A stretch of DNA of 33,560 nucleotides, from assembly GCA_002245135.1 (NCBI GenBank), contig NGBS01000341.1, forward strand, positions 1-33,560, given 5' to 3'. A program made the translations under genes and the position numbers. The notes beneath the pieces are model-generated. The model saw only the letters and a program-made list of their open reading frames with translations. It was not told the DNA's origin and did no database searches. This DNA is from Proteromonas lacertae. Its lineage: Eukaryota. This document shows positions 1 through 11,125 of this stretch, in pieces; position 1 is the stretch's first letter; each line of letters opens with the position of its first letter.

Positions 1-463
1 AAACCCTAACCCTAACCCCTAACCCTAACCCTAACCCTAACCCTAACCCTAACCCTAACCCTAACCCTAACCCTAACCCTAACCCTAACCTAACCCTAAC
101 CCTAACCCTAACCCTAACCCTAACCCTAACCCTAACCCTAACCCTAACCCTAACCCTAACCCCCTAACCCTAACCTAACCCTAACCCTAACCCTAACCCT
201 AACCCTAACCCTAACCCTAACCCTAACCCTAACCCTAACCCCCTAACCCTAACCCTAACCCTAACCCTAACCCTAACCCTAACCCTAACCCTAACCCTAA
301 CCCTAACCCTAACCCTAACCCTAACCCCTAACCCTAACCCTAACCCTAACCCTAACCCCTAACCCTAACCCTAACCCTAACCCTAACCCTAACCCTAACC
401 CCTAAAACCCTAACCCTAACCCTAACCCTAACCCTAACCCTAACCCTAACCCTAACCCTAACC
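1..463. repeat. Telomere, (CCCTAA)n = (TTAGGG)n on the minus strand
   Basis: About 75 tandem CCCTAA units from base 1, with occasional CCCCTAA/CCTAA/CCCTAAAA variants; ends abruptly at ...ccctaacc|gaatct. Confidence 0.99.
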
Positions 464-1087
464 GAATCTATAACAATAACAAAGTGTAAGCTAATTATTT
501 ATTTCAATTCAGATATTGTATTTCATAAAAATATTAAGAAATTAATAAAACAATTAGTAGATGATTATAAACTATTACATAGAGAAATATTAATTGTAGG
601 AAAAAGAGGAGATATATTTTGGAGAAATTATTCAACATATTCAAACCATGATTGTATTTGGGAAAATAGCAAAATTCATTCAGGAAAAGGAATAGATTAT
701 TTCATATTTTCAAGATTTTCTTTTACATATAATAAAATCATCATACTTAACGAAATAATTGTAGGAAGGGTTAGATATGATAATATCATTTTGGCTTTAA
801 TGTTAAATGATAATAACACCATTGTTATTGATAGTACATATTTTATAAAAGCTCTACATTTAAGTGTATCAAAAGAAGAAAAAAATGAGTTGATTAAAGT
901 ATTGTTATTATAAATATATTACTAGCATCAAAAGCATACAGATTATTTCTATAACTATAATGTAACAAAAAAATACAAAATAGATTATTGCACTGTATTA
1001 GGATCAGTAGATAATATTAAAATCCACATTGATGAAAAGAATTATATATCTACATTTATAAACATTTCTAAATGCAGTAATACTTAA
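464..1087 (+). pseudogene. 5'-truncated GT-A-type glycosyltransferase-like gene (exons 464-898 and 926-1087)
   Basis: Own translation: open frame from the first base after the telomere, ESITITKCKLIIYFNSDIVF...IVGKRGD...GKGIDYFIFS...IVGRVRYDNII...VIDSTYFIKALH. No start codon. Continues to TAA at 1085-1087 after removing a 27-nt intron. Missed by the ORF track. Confidence 0.75.
899..925 (+). other. 27-nt GT-AG spliceosomal intron
   Basis: GTATTGTTATTATAAATATATTACTAG, phase 0. It contains an in-frame TAA, and its removal restores 53 further open codons. Confidence 0.7.
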
Positions 1088-1239
1088 CCCATATTATGAA
1101 GACAAATAAAATATCATTATTATACTTTAATTGTTTGTATTTTAGTGAATGAAACACTTAAATAAAATAGTTTATGTGACAAGACAATAACATGATTAAA
1201 CTTTTAAAGTAGAAACAGCTCATGATAAATGAAGGTATT

Positions 1240-2270
1240 GAATGAAAGGAAGAAGATAATGAAGGTAAATCAACACCTCCTGGAGATGGTAACAACGCTG
1301 ACAATAGTGTTGTGAACCACTAACATCTATCATCGATAATGATCCTGAGCTTCAACTTCAACAATAAGAAACAGACAACTAAAAATTATCCGATAATAGT
1401 CAATGTTAACAGGGTGATGTCCTTCTAAATTGCTAAGTATATAATTTTAAATAATTAAAATCTATAAATATAAAATACAATAATTAATAAAATCCTGAAA
1501 TAAACTGTCTAAATTTTCCATCTACTGTGATTGATTTTAGAGCTTTTATTAATATAATGTAAATATGAAGGAGATATTTTTTCAGGATTTATATACCACT
1601 AGGAAATAATCGTTGTAGGACTTGCTAGCTATGTACTTCTCCTGGAGTTCACCACTCTCCTCAATGTTGTTCTCCAAAGGATTGCTCTTAATGAAAGATA
1701 AGGAATTACCTTCTCTGTCTTGAGTATCATCAGTGTTGTTGTTAGGAGCTATCTCTGATAGCAAGGTAGTTAAGTAGTGTAAATCATCACTGTTGTTTAT
1801 CTTGACTTGCAACACCTTCTTAAGCTTCTGCTGTACTGCCTTCACAACTCTTGAAGTAAGCTTCTTCTTCCTTGATTTGATTCCTTTGTCTTTATCGTTT
1901 ACCATCGATATCTTTACCATGGACGATTGACTATTGGAAAAGAACTTCTATTGCTTATCAGTCCTCCTCAGGATTGTGATAGTTGTACCAAGTCTTTACA
2001 ATCACCGAGGACTTCAAAGCTTCTGATTGTTAATGAAGTTTACTTAGAGTCGATAGATTGAACCTCCTGGTATCTATCTTGTACTGCTTAAGTTGATTGC
2101 CCATCTCTTGAGTCTTTATATCATCATCATCTTCCGGTGCATTCTCTTGGACTTCCTTCTAGGATAGTTGTCAGGAGGATCTTCAAGGCACTTGTTCTTT
2201 CGATTGTAAGTTGCTTCTTCAATCTCCATTATTATTTTCAACTGAAAATCGTCGAACAATTCCTTGTCCT
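1240..2270. mobile_element. Decayed fragments of an unidentified GC-richer element (includes ORFs 1582-1920 and 2116-2270, minus strand)
   Basis: Abrupt GC rise and different codon usage (AAC/ATC/TTC/AAG); broken reading frames; no recognisable domain. Confidence 0.35.
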
Positions 2271-3167
2271 TATCATTGGGAATTAGAAATAGATGAAACT
2301 GAAAATCAAACATCTCCAATCAATTAAGTATTTGAAATAACTCCAATTCAAAGTATTTTACAACTAGGTGAATGTGAAGAAATGGAATTGAGATATTCTG
2401 GAATACCACATGTATTATCAAGAGCATTGGGTAAATGTTATGTAGATGGAGGACCAGTTTATAATATCAAAATGAAAGGTGAAAGTTCAGTCGTATCTTA
2501 TAGATTGGATAAACAAAATATTGATTTTGGTAGAATTCCTTATATTAAAGTAGAAGAAATAGATTTTCATATATTTAATACAGGCTCAGTAGATTTTCCA
2601 TTTAAAATCTCAACTGATAGTGCATCTCGACCTGGTTAAGTTGGTGTTTCACCATGTAATGGATTAATTTCATCTCATGATCAACAAAGAATCTCTGTTA
2701 AAATGAGAGTAGGAATTCCAGATTCAGTAATAGAGAAATTAGTAATAGAAATAGCTCATTATGTTCCAATAGATTTTCTACTTTATATAACAGGTATTTA
2801 TGCAAATATTAAAGTGAATGATGCTAAATTGGTAATACCAGATATTTGGGAACATTACTTAGAAGAAGCTGATAGATTGATTGAATTATTTAATACAGAA
2901 CATCCATTATCATTCCCAGCTGTACCATCACCAATCAAACAACAACCATCTTTACCTGAAGTAGTAGAATCATCAATAAATGAAAGTAATAATAACACTA
3001 TTATAAATACTGAAGGATAAGAACCAAGACAACAACAACAGCCAGAACAACCATCAACAGAAGAAGAAAAAGAAAAACCAGCTGAAGCTGAAAAACCAAT
3101 AATTGTAGATGGAGTTCCAGTTAATTCACCAACACTTGGTAAACCAGCAGTAAAAGAATTAAATTAA
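2271..3167 (+). pseudogene. HYDIN: Internal fragment of HYDIN (axonemal central-pair protein)
   Basis: One frame reads YHWEL...PIN*VFEITPIQSILQLGE...CYVDGGPVYNIKMKGESSVVSYRLDKQNIDFG...IFNTGSVDFPF...SPCNGLISSHDQQ...GIPD...IEIAHYVP...GIY. This matches recalled HYDIN (VFDILP..G.LQP...CEVEGGPTYEITLKGEASLVNYSFD...GVPE...IQIAH). In-frame TAA at 2325, 2637 and 3018; only ~300 codons of a protein of several thousand aa. Confidence 0.85.
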
Positions 3168-5765
3168 TGATCCAGTTCATGGTTATTATAGTATTAACAG
3201 AAAGATGATTAGAGCTTATTTGACAACCTGCTATGATTGTATTAAACTTAATGAGGCTAAAAGAGTACAACCAACACATCTTATTGTTGTTACAAGACCT
3301 AGAGAAAGAGTTTTGATTGATCTTGTAGAAATGGACAATTGCAATGAAGATTACACGAACATAAAAGAAGAAGATCTCTACCAGTATATCTTAACTGTCA
3401 TCAATCATTGCTCTAATTTTATCATGTTATGTGCCCAGAAACGCAAAACAGATAAAGAAACAGTGAAAAATGTACAATCTTTTATAAGAATCTTTGGCCT
3501 CCTGAAATTATGCAGATGAATAATGGTAAAGAATTCAAAAATGCTTTAATGAAAGATATGCTTAGTCAATATGGTATCATAATTGCGCATAGCAAGCCTA
3601 GACACCCACAGTGCAATGGTAAAGTGGAGAAACATAATAGATTCATTAAAGAAAAGATATCAGCTATGAAGGTTAATAATCCTGATGTTTATTGGAGTGA
3701 ATACTTGGAAAGAATAACAGAAATAATTAATAATCATAGATGCAGAAGAACAAATTGTAAAGGAAGATCCTTATTCTTTATGGACATGAAAGAGTTGATG
3801 ATTCAGAATAAGAAGTTTAAACCAGATTATACTAATATAGAAGGTGATGATAATGATGGTAATGATGATAGTGATGGCGAAGAAGTTAAAGCAGACAGTG
3901 AATATGAAGAAGAAGGAGCTAATGGCGTTAATAGCAATAATGGTGGTTCTGATAATGTTATAGATGTAGATGAAGATGGTAATGATAGCGATAATAGCGA
4001 TGATGGTGGTAATGGTGAAGTAACAATAATGGAAGAAGAAGATTATAAAGAAAGATTCAAAAAAGATATAACACAAAATGGAAGTATCATAGAACAGTTT
4101 CAAGATTATATAGACGAAAGAAACTTTAATTATAATAACAAAATGAGAGATAATTCCATTAACAAATTAGGAAATAAACTAGTTAATCCAGAACATGGAG
4201 ATGTGGTTATTACAGCTGTGAAAAGAAAGATGCGCCAAGATGAAAAGAGTCTAGCATTAGTTAAAGATGATAAAGTTAATAAAAAGCAATATTTAGTGTA
4301 TATTATTAAATTATTACTATCTAATGTATAGTAATGAAAACATGCAAATTCCATTAGTATCATCTACACCTTTAATAAAGCTTGAAGTTTCATCAAAATT
4401 ATTAGAGAATATGAAGAAAACAGCAGACAAAATACTAGTATATATGATGATAATTTATATTAAATAGATTCATCCTAATGAATTCAAAAAAACATCAACA
4501 AATTGTAATGAATTCAAAAAAGAATGCAGTGCATGATATATTTGGTATTAGAACTTCTGAAGAAGATATTAAGGATCCAATAACTAATGATCACTTGGAA
4601 TTTGTTGAAAGATTTATAAAAAGTATTGGAAAAATTCAACTTGGATTAAATGAAATTCATTTCATATTGGAATTATACAATTTAAATCAACATTATTACG
4701 TATGCAAAGATAAACAAATGATAATGAATAAAGAGATGGAAGCATTCATAATTAGAGCTAAAGATAGTAACAATTATTACACTGTTATCATTCATCATGA
4801 TAATAAAACAATCGAAGTTAAAGATTTATTTGGCGAAGATGATTATGCAGAAGGTATTCGTCGTATTGGTAGATATGATAGAAGTGTAGGTGAAATAATA
4901 TCTCAATATAAGATTTTCAAGACCAATGTTAATACTAACTTTCCTGAAGCAACAGAAATATTGGCTGCTGTAATGCTAATGATAAATATGTCTGAAGATC
5001 ATCCATATGTAAAATGGTAAATAGAAAAGATACTAGTGTTGCATCAATTACATTTGTTGATCACACTCATGATAGTTTGTTGTTTGTAAAAAAAATTAAA
5101 GGATATAATGATATTGGTCATGTAAGATTCTATGGACAACATCAACAACCGAAATATGAAGTAAATTGTAAAGAATTGGTGTATCATTTAAATATTAATA
5201 ATCAACTAAAAGGAGATGAATTCCTGTTTTTATTACATTATATTTCCAACAACAATAAGAATGTTATTGATACTAGTGTTGTAATTTTTAATGAAAAGCA
5301 AGAGGATAATAAAAAAAGATAAGTGAAAAAGGAATTTATTATTTTCCAATATGTGATCCAAATCAAAGTCATTGGAGTTTATGGGAAGTAGATTATGTTC
5401 CTAATGACTATATGATGTTTAGAATATATGACAGTTTAGCAATTTATATGAACAAAGAACCAAGAAATATAGTTATAAAGAATATTAAACAACTCTTTTA
5501 TTCTTGCAATCGTGAATTAGAATCATATGAAATAGTAGATACAAAAGTTCATCAAACAGATGCTGTAACTTGTGGATATTACTGTTTATTCTTTCTTGGA
5601 GCCAGATTGAATAATTTGGAAATAACAAAGATTCAAAATATAGAAAGTTTTAATATAAAATACTTCATTGATGATTTAATTGAAGGTATAGAAAGTTTAA
5701 ATAACGAAGAAAAAGCGAAATTGTTTTACATTTACAACAAAAAAAACATTTATAGATTTAAATAA
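3168..5765 (+). pseudogene. Integrase-Ulp1 transposase pseudogene (ORF pieces 3205-3519, 3510-4331, 4478-5020, 5014-5322, 5412-5765)
   Basis: Frameshift at ~3497 (ggc ctc ctg vs expected GPPE); catalytic D to N at 3519. Ulp1 triad motifs YFPICDPNQSHWSL (~5340-5380), IYDSL and HQTDAVTCGYYCL. Confidence 0.8.
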
Positions 5766-5970
5766 TTCATTTTCTTTAAAAAATCTAAAAAGTATCTTTA
5801 TATAATAACAATGTATTTGTTAGGCACACACTTCCACATAACATAAAAAACAATTTTAGAAAAAGATTTGAGTTGAATGTTGTTTCAACTTATTTTCTGA
5901 TTTCAATTTTGTTATATTTGTTAATAATATATTATGATTATCTCATATATGAAATATGAGAAATCAAAAG

Positions 5971-6028
5971 TGTCTCCTAGACAAACGGCGTGAGAAGATT
6001 TAGAAATACGCCGTTTGTCTAGGAGACA
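5971..6028. repeat. Perfect 21-bp inverted repeat (hairpin, 16-nt loop)
   Basis: TGTCTCCTAGACAAACGGCGT (5971-5991) and ACGCCGTTTGTCTAGGAGACA (6008-6028); extends imperfectly to about 5957-6042. Confidence 0.95.
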
Positions 6029-6549
6029 TTTTTCACTTCTCAATTTTCTTCTGTAACTTATGTGTATCATTTCATAATCATTGATACTATTATATAAAAC
6101 AAAAAACAACACATAAATTATAACTTTGTAATTTATACAAAAGAAGCTAAGTGTTAATAATATATTGTAAATGGCTACACGCTGAAATGAATGATTTTTA
6201 TAGAAGGTATTGAAATATGAAATAAATTAATTTGTTGTAGCTTTGATATTCATGTCGATTAAAGATTGTATTTCTGTTTATATTGTAGATATTAACTTTG
6301 CAACTAAAATTATAGATTTATATGAAAACCATGTGCATATAAAACAAGTGTTTATATCAAAATATTAATTTTCGTACAAATAAGGGGGTAAGAAAATTCA
6401 AGTTTTTAGTTACATTTTTTTATTTATATCAACAACAGAAGTGAGTTGTAAGCTAATATTTTATATTATTCATGTACTTAATATGTATTAATAGATTATG
6501 TAAAAAAATTTGCTACATAGACTAATTAAGTCATATCGTGACATGTCTA

Positions 6550-6671
6550 TCATATACAAAATGTTAAAATAAAAGTAACAATTTATCATTAAAAGAAGTG
6601 TAATTGTGTATTTAGTTTGTTTTGAAAGTGTCTGGTAGACAAACGGCCAACTCTGACAAAGGCGTACAACA
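6550..6671 (+). repeat. Ginger-type terminal repeat, copy 1 (right end of the 3165-6671 element)
   Basis: AAGTGTCTGGTAGACAAACGGCCAACTCTGACAAAGGCGTACAACA; similarity to the other three copies stops exactly at CAACA. Confidence 0.85.
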
Positions 6672-6942
6672 GAAATAATAATTCGATTATTATATAATAA
6701 TATTTTATGAGTAATGACTATTTCAACTTCAGACTTTTCTCCTTCACTTGATTCACTCTCTTCATTGCTAATACCACTAAAATTATCTAATATATATTTT
6801 ATAATTATATTACTTTTTTTCTTCACCAAGACTGTTTTGTATTTGTAGAAACTGAAATACCAATATCATTTCTTAATTCACAATAACATCTTTTATAATT
6901 TTTTTATTTGCTCTTTTTCAGATGGATAATAATATATAGTAA

Positions 6943-7544
6943 GGGCTACAGACCATTAGGCTCGAATGCTGTGCCACCAAGCTTGTTTTATTTGATCAAG
7001 GTTTGATCAAGCCTCAATTCTATTTTGCAAAGGTTTGATTTGACTTCCTGGTTTGTGCATCAAACTTTTTTTTCATGTTTGTTGATAGTTTGAGTTCATT
7101 CAAAATTTTTTATAATTTCCCCAAAACTCAAACAGATATTCAAACCTCTTTAATTCAATTTTTTTTTTAAAGTTCCCCAAAACTCAAACAAACATTCAAA
7201 CCTCTTTATGCAAAAATTAAGATTTTAATTAATTAATGTTCGTATAAGAATTGCAAATCAGCCAATCTTAATTAGTTGTTTATAGTGATGTTTACTAATC
7301 GTTCAACAACACTTTCTTGTTTATCAATGGATCTCATTCTTAACACATTATGTATTTTTCTCTTTCTTTCTTTTGTGCTCATAATAGGGAATGTATGTTT
7401 GACTTTCTCATTGGTTAAATCAACAATTTCTTCTTTTTCTTTAATTTGATGATCTCTTTGTTCAATCAAATCAGTGTAACTAAAACTGTATTCATTAGGT
7501 AAATTACCATTTGGTATTACAAATTTAGAACCTTTAAAATGCAC
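6943..7544 (-). mobile_element. 3' end of an unclassified DNA transposon (ORF tail 7272-7544 plus subterminal repeats)
   Basis: GGGCTACAGACC... boundary at 6943; repeated TCAAAC/GTTTGA motifs; 36-bp direct repeats at 7117-7152 and 7173-7208; basic ORF tail KERKRKIHNVLRMRS. Class not determinable. Confidence 0.4.
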
Positions 7545-7970
7545 TCTTTATTGTCTTTACAATCTAATTCTTATGATGCTAGCGAAGCTGGTTTAATATT
7601 AGATTATATTATAACAAATTACTATTCTAATAGATATAATATTTATTTATTTATTCATGATCATGATACATCAAAGCATTATTTAACATCAATAGTAGAT
7701 AGAATTAACAAAATATCAAAAGAAAGTTATATATATTATAAGAATTTAGTCAGAATAAATTGTCATTATTATACTAAAAATTACTGGAGAAACGATTCAG
7801 GATATTACAAAATACTGATGGTAGAAAAATATCTCACAGAAAATAGAATTCAACATGTGAATCTATCTATGATAATTAAAAATGAGTATGTAATTCCATG
7901 CTGTGCGTCTTTTATTATTAAATAGAAACTTATACATCTAAATAAAAGGCAATATTATATAGTATAAGAA
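7545..7970 (+). pseudogene. DUF3431-family (GT-like) fragment
   Basis: EAGLILDYIITNYY...YLFIHDHDTSKH...IPCCASFIIK* follows the DUF3431 pattern EAxxYLxYIIxxY...FxHxHxxxWH...PCCAQF; truncated at both ends by mobile DNA. Confidence 0.75.
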
Positions 7971-7979
7971 ATTCTTTAA

Positions 7980-8340
7980 GGAATTTCTCATTATTTGGCT
8001 CCAACATTTCCAAGAGATTCAACCTTCCTATCCAAGTCCGATATTGCTCTGCAACATCGTCCTTGGTAAGGGAGCTTCCTTTGAGACGTCCTTACCCATA
8101 CTCCGAAAGAGATCACTGCTTCTTCATTACCATCACCTCGTGGTAACCAACACTTCTAGATAGCTTCCAGGAGTACCCGTAGGAGATCGTCTCATAGGTA
8201 GGTATAGAAATAGCTTAGAGGAGTTCCCGTAGGGAAGTAGACCTCGTTGGGATGAATCTCGTAAAAACCTTACGTAAATAGGACTATGGGACTTTGTTAC
8301 AGAGTTCTAGCGATTGTTCTAGGAGTCCGTCCCATTCTTA
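7980..8340 (+). repeat. GC-richer dispersed repeat family C, copy A
   Basis: 8131-8250 is the reverse complement of 9004-9116 (CATCACCTCGxGGTAACxAACACTTCTAGATAGCTTCC...CCGTAGGAGATCGTCTCATAG...GTAGGGAAGTAGACC). Its tail CGTAAATAGGACTATGG..TTGTTACAGAGTTC recurs at ~15930 and ~26428. Confidence 0.8.
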
Positions 8341-8977
8341 AATTATAGATTTCAACTTTATCATAATTTTCAATTATATATATATACCAAAAGTCCATAT
8401 TCTTCGTATAATTATATATATTTTTAATTGGTTTAGATTTAAAGAATTATGAAAAGATTATAGATAGAATAGCATACTACTAAATTTATTATGGAATGGA
8501 TTGATTCAAAAATATGGAAGAATGAGTGATAAGCCAGATAGTAAGGAATATAAATCAAAAATGGTTAAGAAAGAGTCTTACTATATCACTTGAAGAAATA
8601 AAGAACATAGTTGCATTGAAAAATGAGAATATAATCTAAATTTAAGTGATAAATTTAATATGAAATGGATTATACTCATTTTTCATATTAAATGCAGTAA
8701 TAATGGAATACAGTATGTGAAATGTATTGGTTGTAATAGGATTTATAGGAATATCTTCTTCAGAAATTGATTCTTTTTTATAAATTGATAATTTACACAA
8801 ATATTTAACATTTATACTTTAATTTGTGTATTTAATTTGTGTATGTTACTTAATATTAAATTATCCTATATCAATGAATTTTAGATGTAATGCACACAGT
8901 CTCATCTACATCAGAAATACCTAATCTTTGAATTAATTTCTCTTTACTCTCATACCACCATATATAGTAAATAAATG

Positions 8978-9298
8978 GAACTCTGTGACAATATCCCTTT
9001 CTATTCTTCCAAACGGGGTCTACTTCCCTACAGGACTCCTCTAACCTATCTATGAGACGATCTCCTACGGAGACTCGAGGAAGCTATCTAGAAGTGTTAG
9101 TTACCTCGAGGTGATGATTCTAATTACGCTCTTGACTCTCCTTGCTATGCTGGTGACCTTGTAAGGGCTTTTAATTGAACCGTGGAAACTCATCGTGGAA
9201 CCTGGAGTTTACAATTGTTAACTTGTTACCAATTGTTAACTAGTTACCAAATGGTAACTCCGGGAGGTTATAGCTAGTTGTGGATTTTTCAAGGACCC
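8978..9298 (-). repeat. Family C, copy B (inverted), with an 18-bp tandem quasi-palindrome at 9204-9261
   Basis: Homologous to copy A and to 15825-15970. Contains CAATTGTTAACTTGTTAC/CAATTGTTAACTAGTTAC/CAAATGGTAACT; abuts and truncates the gene at 9299. Confidence 0.8.
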
Positions 9299-9595
9299 TT
9301 AAAGATAATGATAAGTATTCTTGGGGCTTATAAAAATTGTATTTCTTAAATTATAATTAGTTCTTATTATGTATCTTTCTAAAGTACCTTGATCAATAAA
9401 TATAATTGTATACTCTAATTTTTGGTCATATTTCAGTAAATGTGAATATAAAGAGAAGAATGCTTTATTTAAATAAGTATATCTATTACATTCAGTTATC
9501 ATTATTTGAATTGTTGTGTAGTAATTTAAATGAAAAATATTTAGTAAAATTAACGATTCTAAAATACAAAATATAACTGATATATATATAAACAT
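9299..9595 (-). pseudogene. 3'-truncated GT-A/GT2-like gene, paralog of 23383-24162
   Basis: Signal anchor followed by ITECNRYTYLNKAF...IIFIDQGTLER...YNLRNTIFISP, collinear with the 23383 gene; cut before LLEEDW by family C. Confidence 0.8.
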
Positions 9596-9618
9596 AATTA
9601 ATTATCATCACAATAAAT

Positions 9619-10461
9619 ATGAAAATTGTATTTTTGTGGTATGTAATTTTATTAATTAATTTAATGTATATATCTCTATTCTTTAACACATTCAACTCAT
9701 TTAAATGTTGTAATATAAAAAAATACAACCAAATTTCATATTATGATTTAGGTTCAAACAATGGAGACTCATTATTATGGCTTTTCGGATATAAAAATAG
9801 AAACAATTCATATCATGTGCCTTATCCTTTTTTTCAACATTTTCCGACTAATAAAGTAACTGTACATGTATTTGAAGCAAATCCTCATTTATGTAATTTT
9901 ATAGATGAGAATGTTAATTTTTTAAAAACAGTAACAAATATGTGTAATTTTTTTGTTAACTGTCCTGTAGTTGTATCAAATAGAAGTGGATTTATAAATT
10001 TTAAATCCACTTCAGGAACATTAGGAAGTTCTGCATATTATAATAAATCAGAAAGAGGTGCTAAAATAATGAAAATAAGATCAATTGATATAATTAGTTA
10101 TTTTATTTTAAACATAAGGCATAATGATTTTAACATTTTAAAATTTGATATAGAAGGTGAAGAATATTACATGATTCCTAGAATGATTAAAGAAAATATT
10201 CTCCATTGCTTCGATTTAGTTTTTTCAGAATTTCATCCTTTCATAAATAATCCTGTAGGTATTGAAGAATCTAATAAAATGTTCAGTAATTTCAAAAAGT
10301 ATATGATTGAAAATATGATACCATATTTTGAAGAATATAATATTAGCAAAGATTTAATGAAAATATATCATGCAAAAATTAATATGTTATACAATTTTAG
10401 AAAAGATCTATTTAATGAGTATAAATCAGAAATAATTAATAATAATTTCATTCATATCTAA
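9619..10461 (+). CDS. FkbM-family SAM methyltransferase with N-terminal membrane anchor
   Basis: Intact 280 aa; YYDLGSNNGD, VFEANP, ILKFDIEGEEY and SEFH motifs. Confidence 0.85.
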   Translation: MKIVFLWYVILLINLMYISLFFNTFNSFKCCNIKKYNQISYYDLGSNNGDSLLWLFGYKNRNNSYHVPYPFFQHFPTNKVTVHVFEANPHLCNFIDENVNFLKTVTNMCNFFVNCPVVVSNRSGFINFKSTSGTLGSSAYYNKSERGAKIMKIRSIDIISYFILNIRHNDFNILKFDIEGEEYYMIPRMIKENILHCFDLVFSEFHPFINNPVGIEESNKMFSNFKKYMIENMIPYFEEYNISKDLMKIYHAKINMLYNFRKDLFNEYKSEIINNNFIHI

Positions 10462-11125
10462 ACATAGTAGATAAAAATATCATATAATTTTGTTTAAATA
10501 ATTAATAATATGATATTTTAGAAATTGGAGCTTGAATTGGCAGAATATCAAAATGTTTAGAGCCATTATGATAATCATTAAAAGTAGTTGATCTTAAAAG
10601 CAGAATATCAAAGTATAAAATTCATATAAGCTATTATAGAATAATGAATTGAATAGTATTTATTTTTTCATAATACTTGTGAATTTACTGATTAGTGTAA
10701 AAAAATAAATCATAACTTAAAAAAGTGATACAAATCTTTGAATATGTATTATTTATAAATAAGTAGATAATAAGTAGAAGAATATTGTTGTAATGATTTT
10801 ATAAGAAGCACATCTCCATTAGTAACTGCTAACTCTACGCTAGGTTAGGAAGAAAAAGTAGAAGAATTAACTTCAATTAGAAAAACAAACTTGAAAACTT
10901 AAATATTTTTTTGAAAATTCTCATAAGTATTATGAATATTTTCTCAACTAAGCTGAAAAACGCTGTATTACGTTTGAATGTAATGCTGTGACTAAAATGA
11001 AATAGAATATAGGTTATTAGTGTAATGATTTTGCTGAATTAATTCTTATTTTTTGGTTTTTAAATGGCTTCTAATCAAAATTTAAGTTTTTTAAAGCAGA
11101 ATATGGAAATGACAGTTAAAGGTAT

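Larger units (their letters stand above)
3165..6671 (+). mobile_element. Ginger-type (Gypsy-integrase-related) DNA transposon, 5'-truncated and decayed, with a C-terminal Ulp1/C48 protease; right end ...TACAACA at 6671
   Basis: Zn-finger half (CYDC) and rve core (VLIDLVEM...YILTVINH...FG..EIMQMNNGKEF...SKPRHPQCNGKVEKHNR), then an acidic tract and Ulp1. No RT or RNase H seen. Ends in a repeat family with TGTTG/CAACA termini. Confidence 0.75.

Noticed and set aside
1..463. Meaningful pattern in telomere variant repeats
   Set aside because: The variants are +/-1-2 nt homopolymer changes without periodicity, indistinguishable from read error or telomerase slippage.
2271..3167. TAA/TAG = Gln alternative genetic code
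   Set aside because: Several 260-390 codon AT-rich genes here have no internal TAA/TAG, use CAA for Gln and end in TAA/TAG at family-appropriate positions; point mutation explains the HYDIN stops better.
3165..6671. Gypsy LTR retrotransposon or Polinton
   Set aside because: No RT, RNase H, gag, PolB or capsid is visible, and the integrase is followed by Ulp1 and a TIR-like end. The 5' part is missing, so this is not fully excluded.
8650..8770. BED zinc-finger remnant (KW...F...YVKCIGCNRIY)
   Set aside because: Too short, and the His ligands and a surrounding ORF are lacking.
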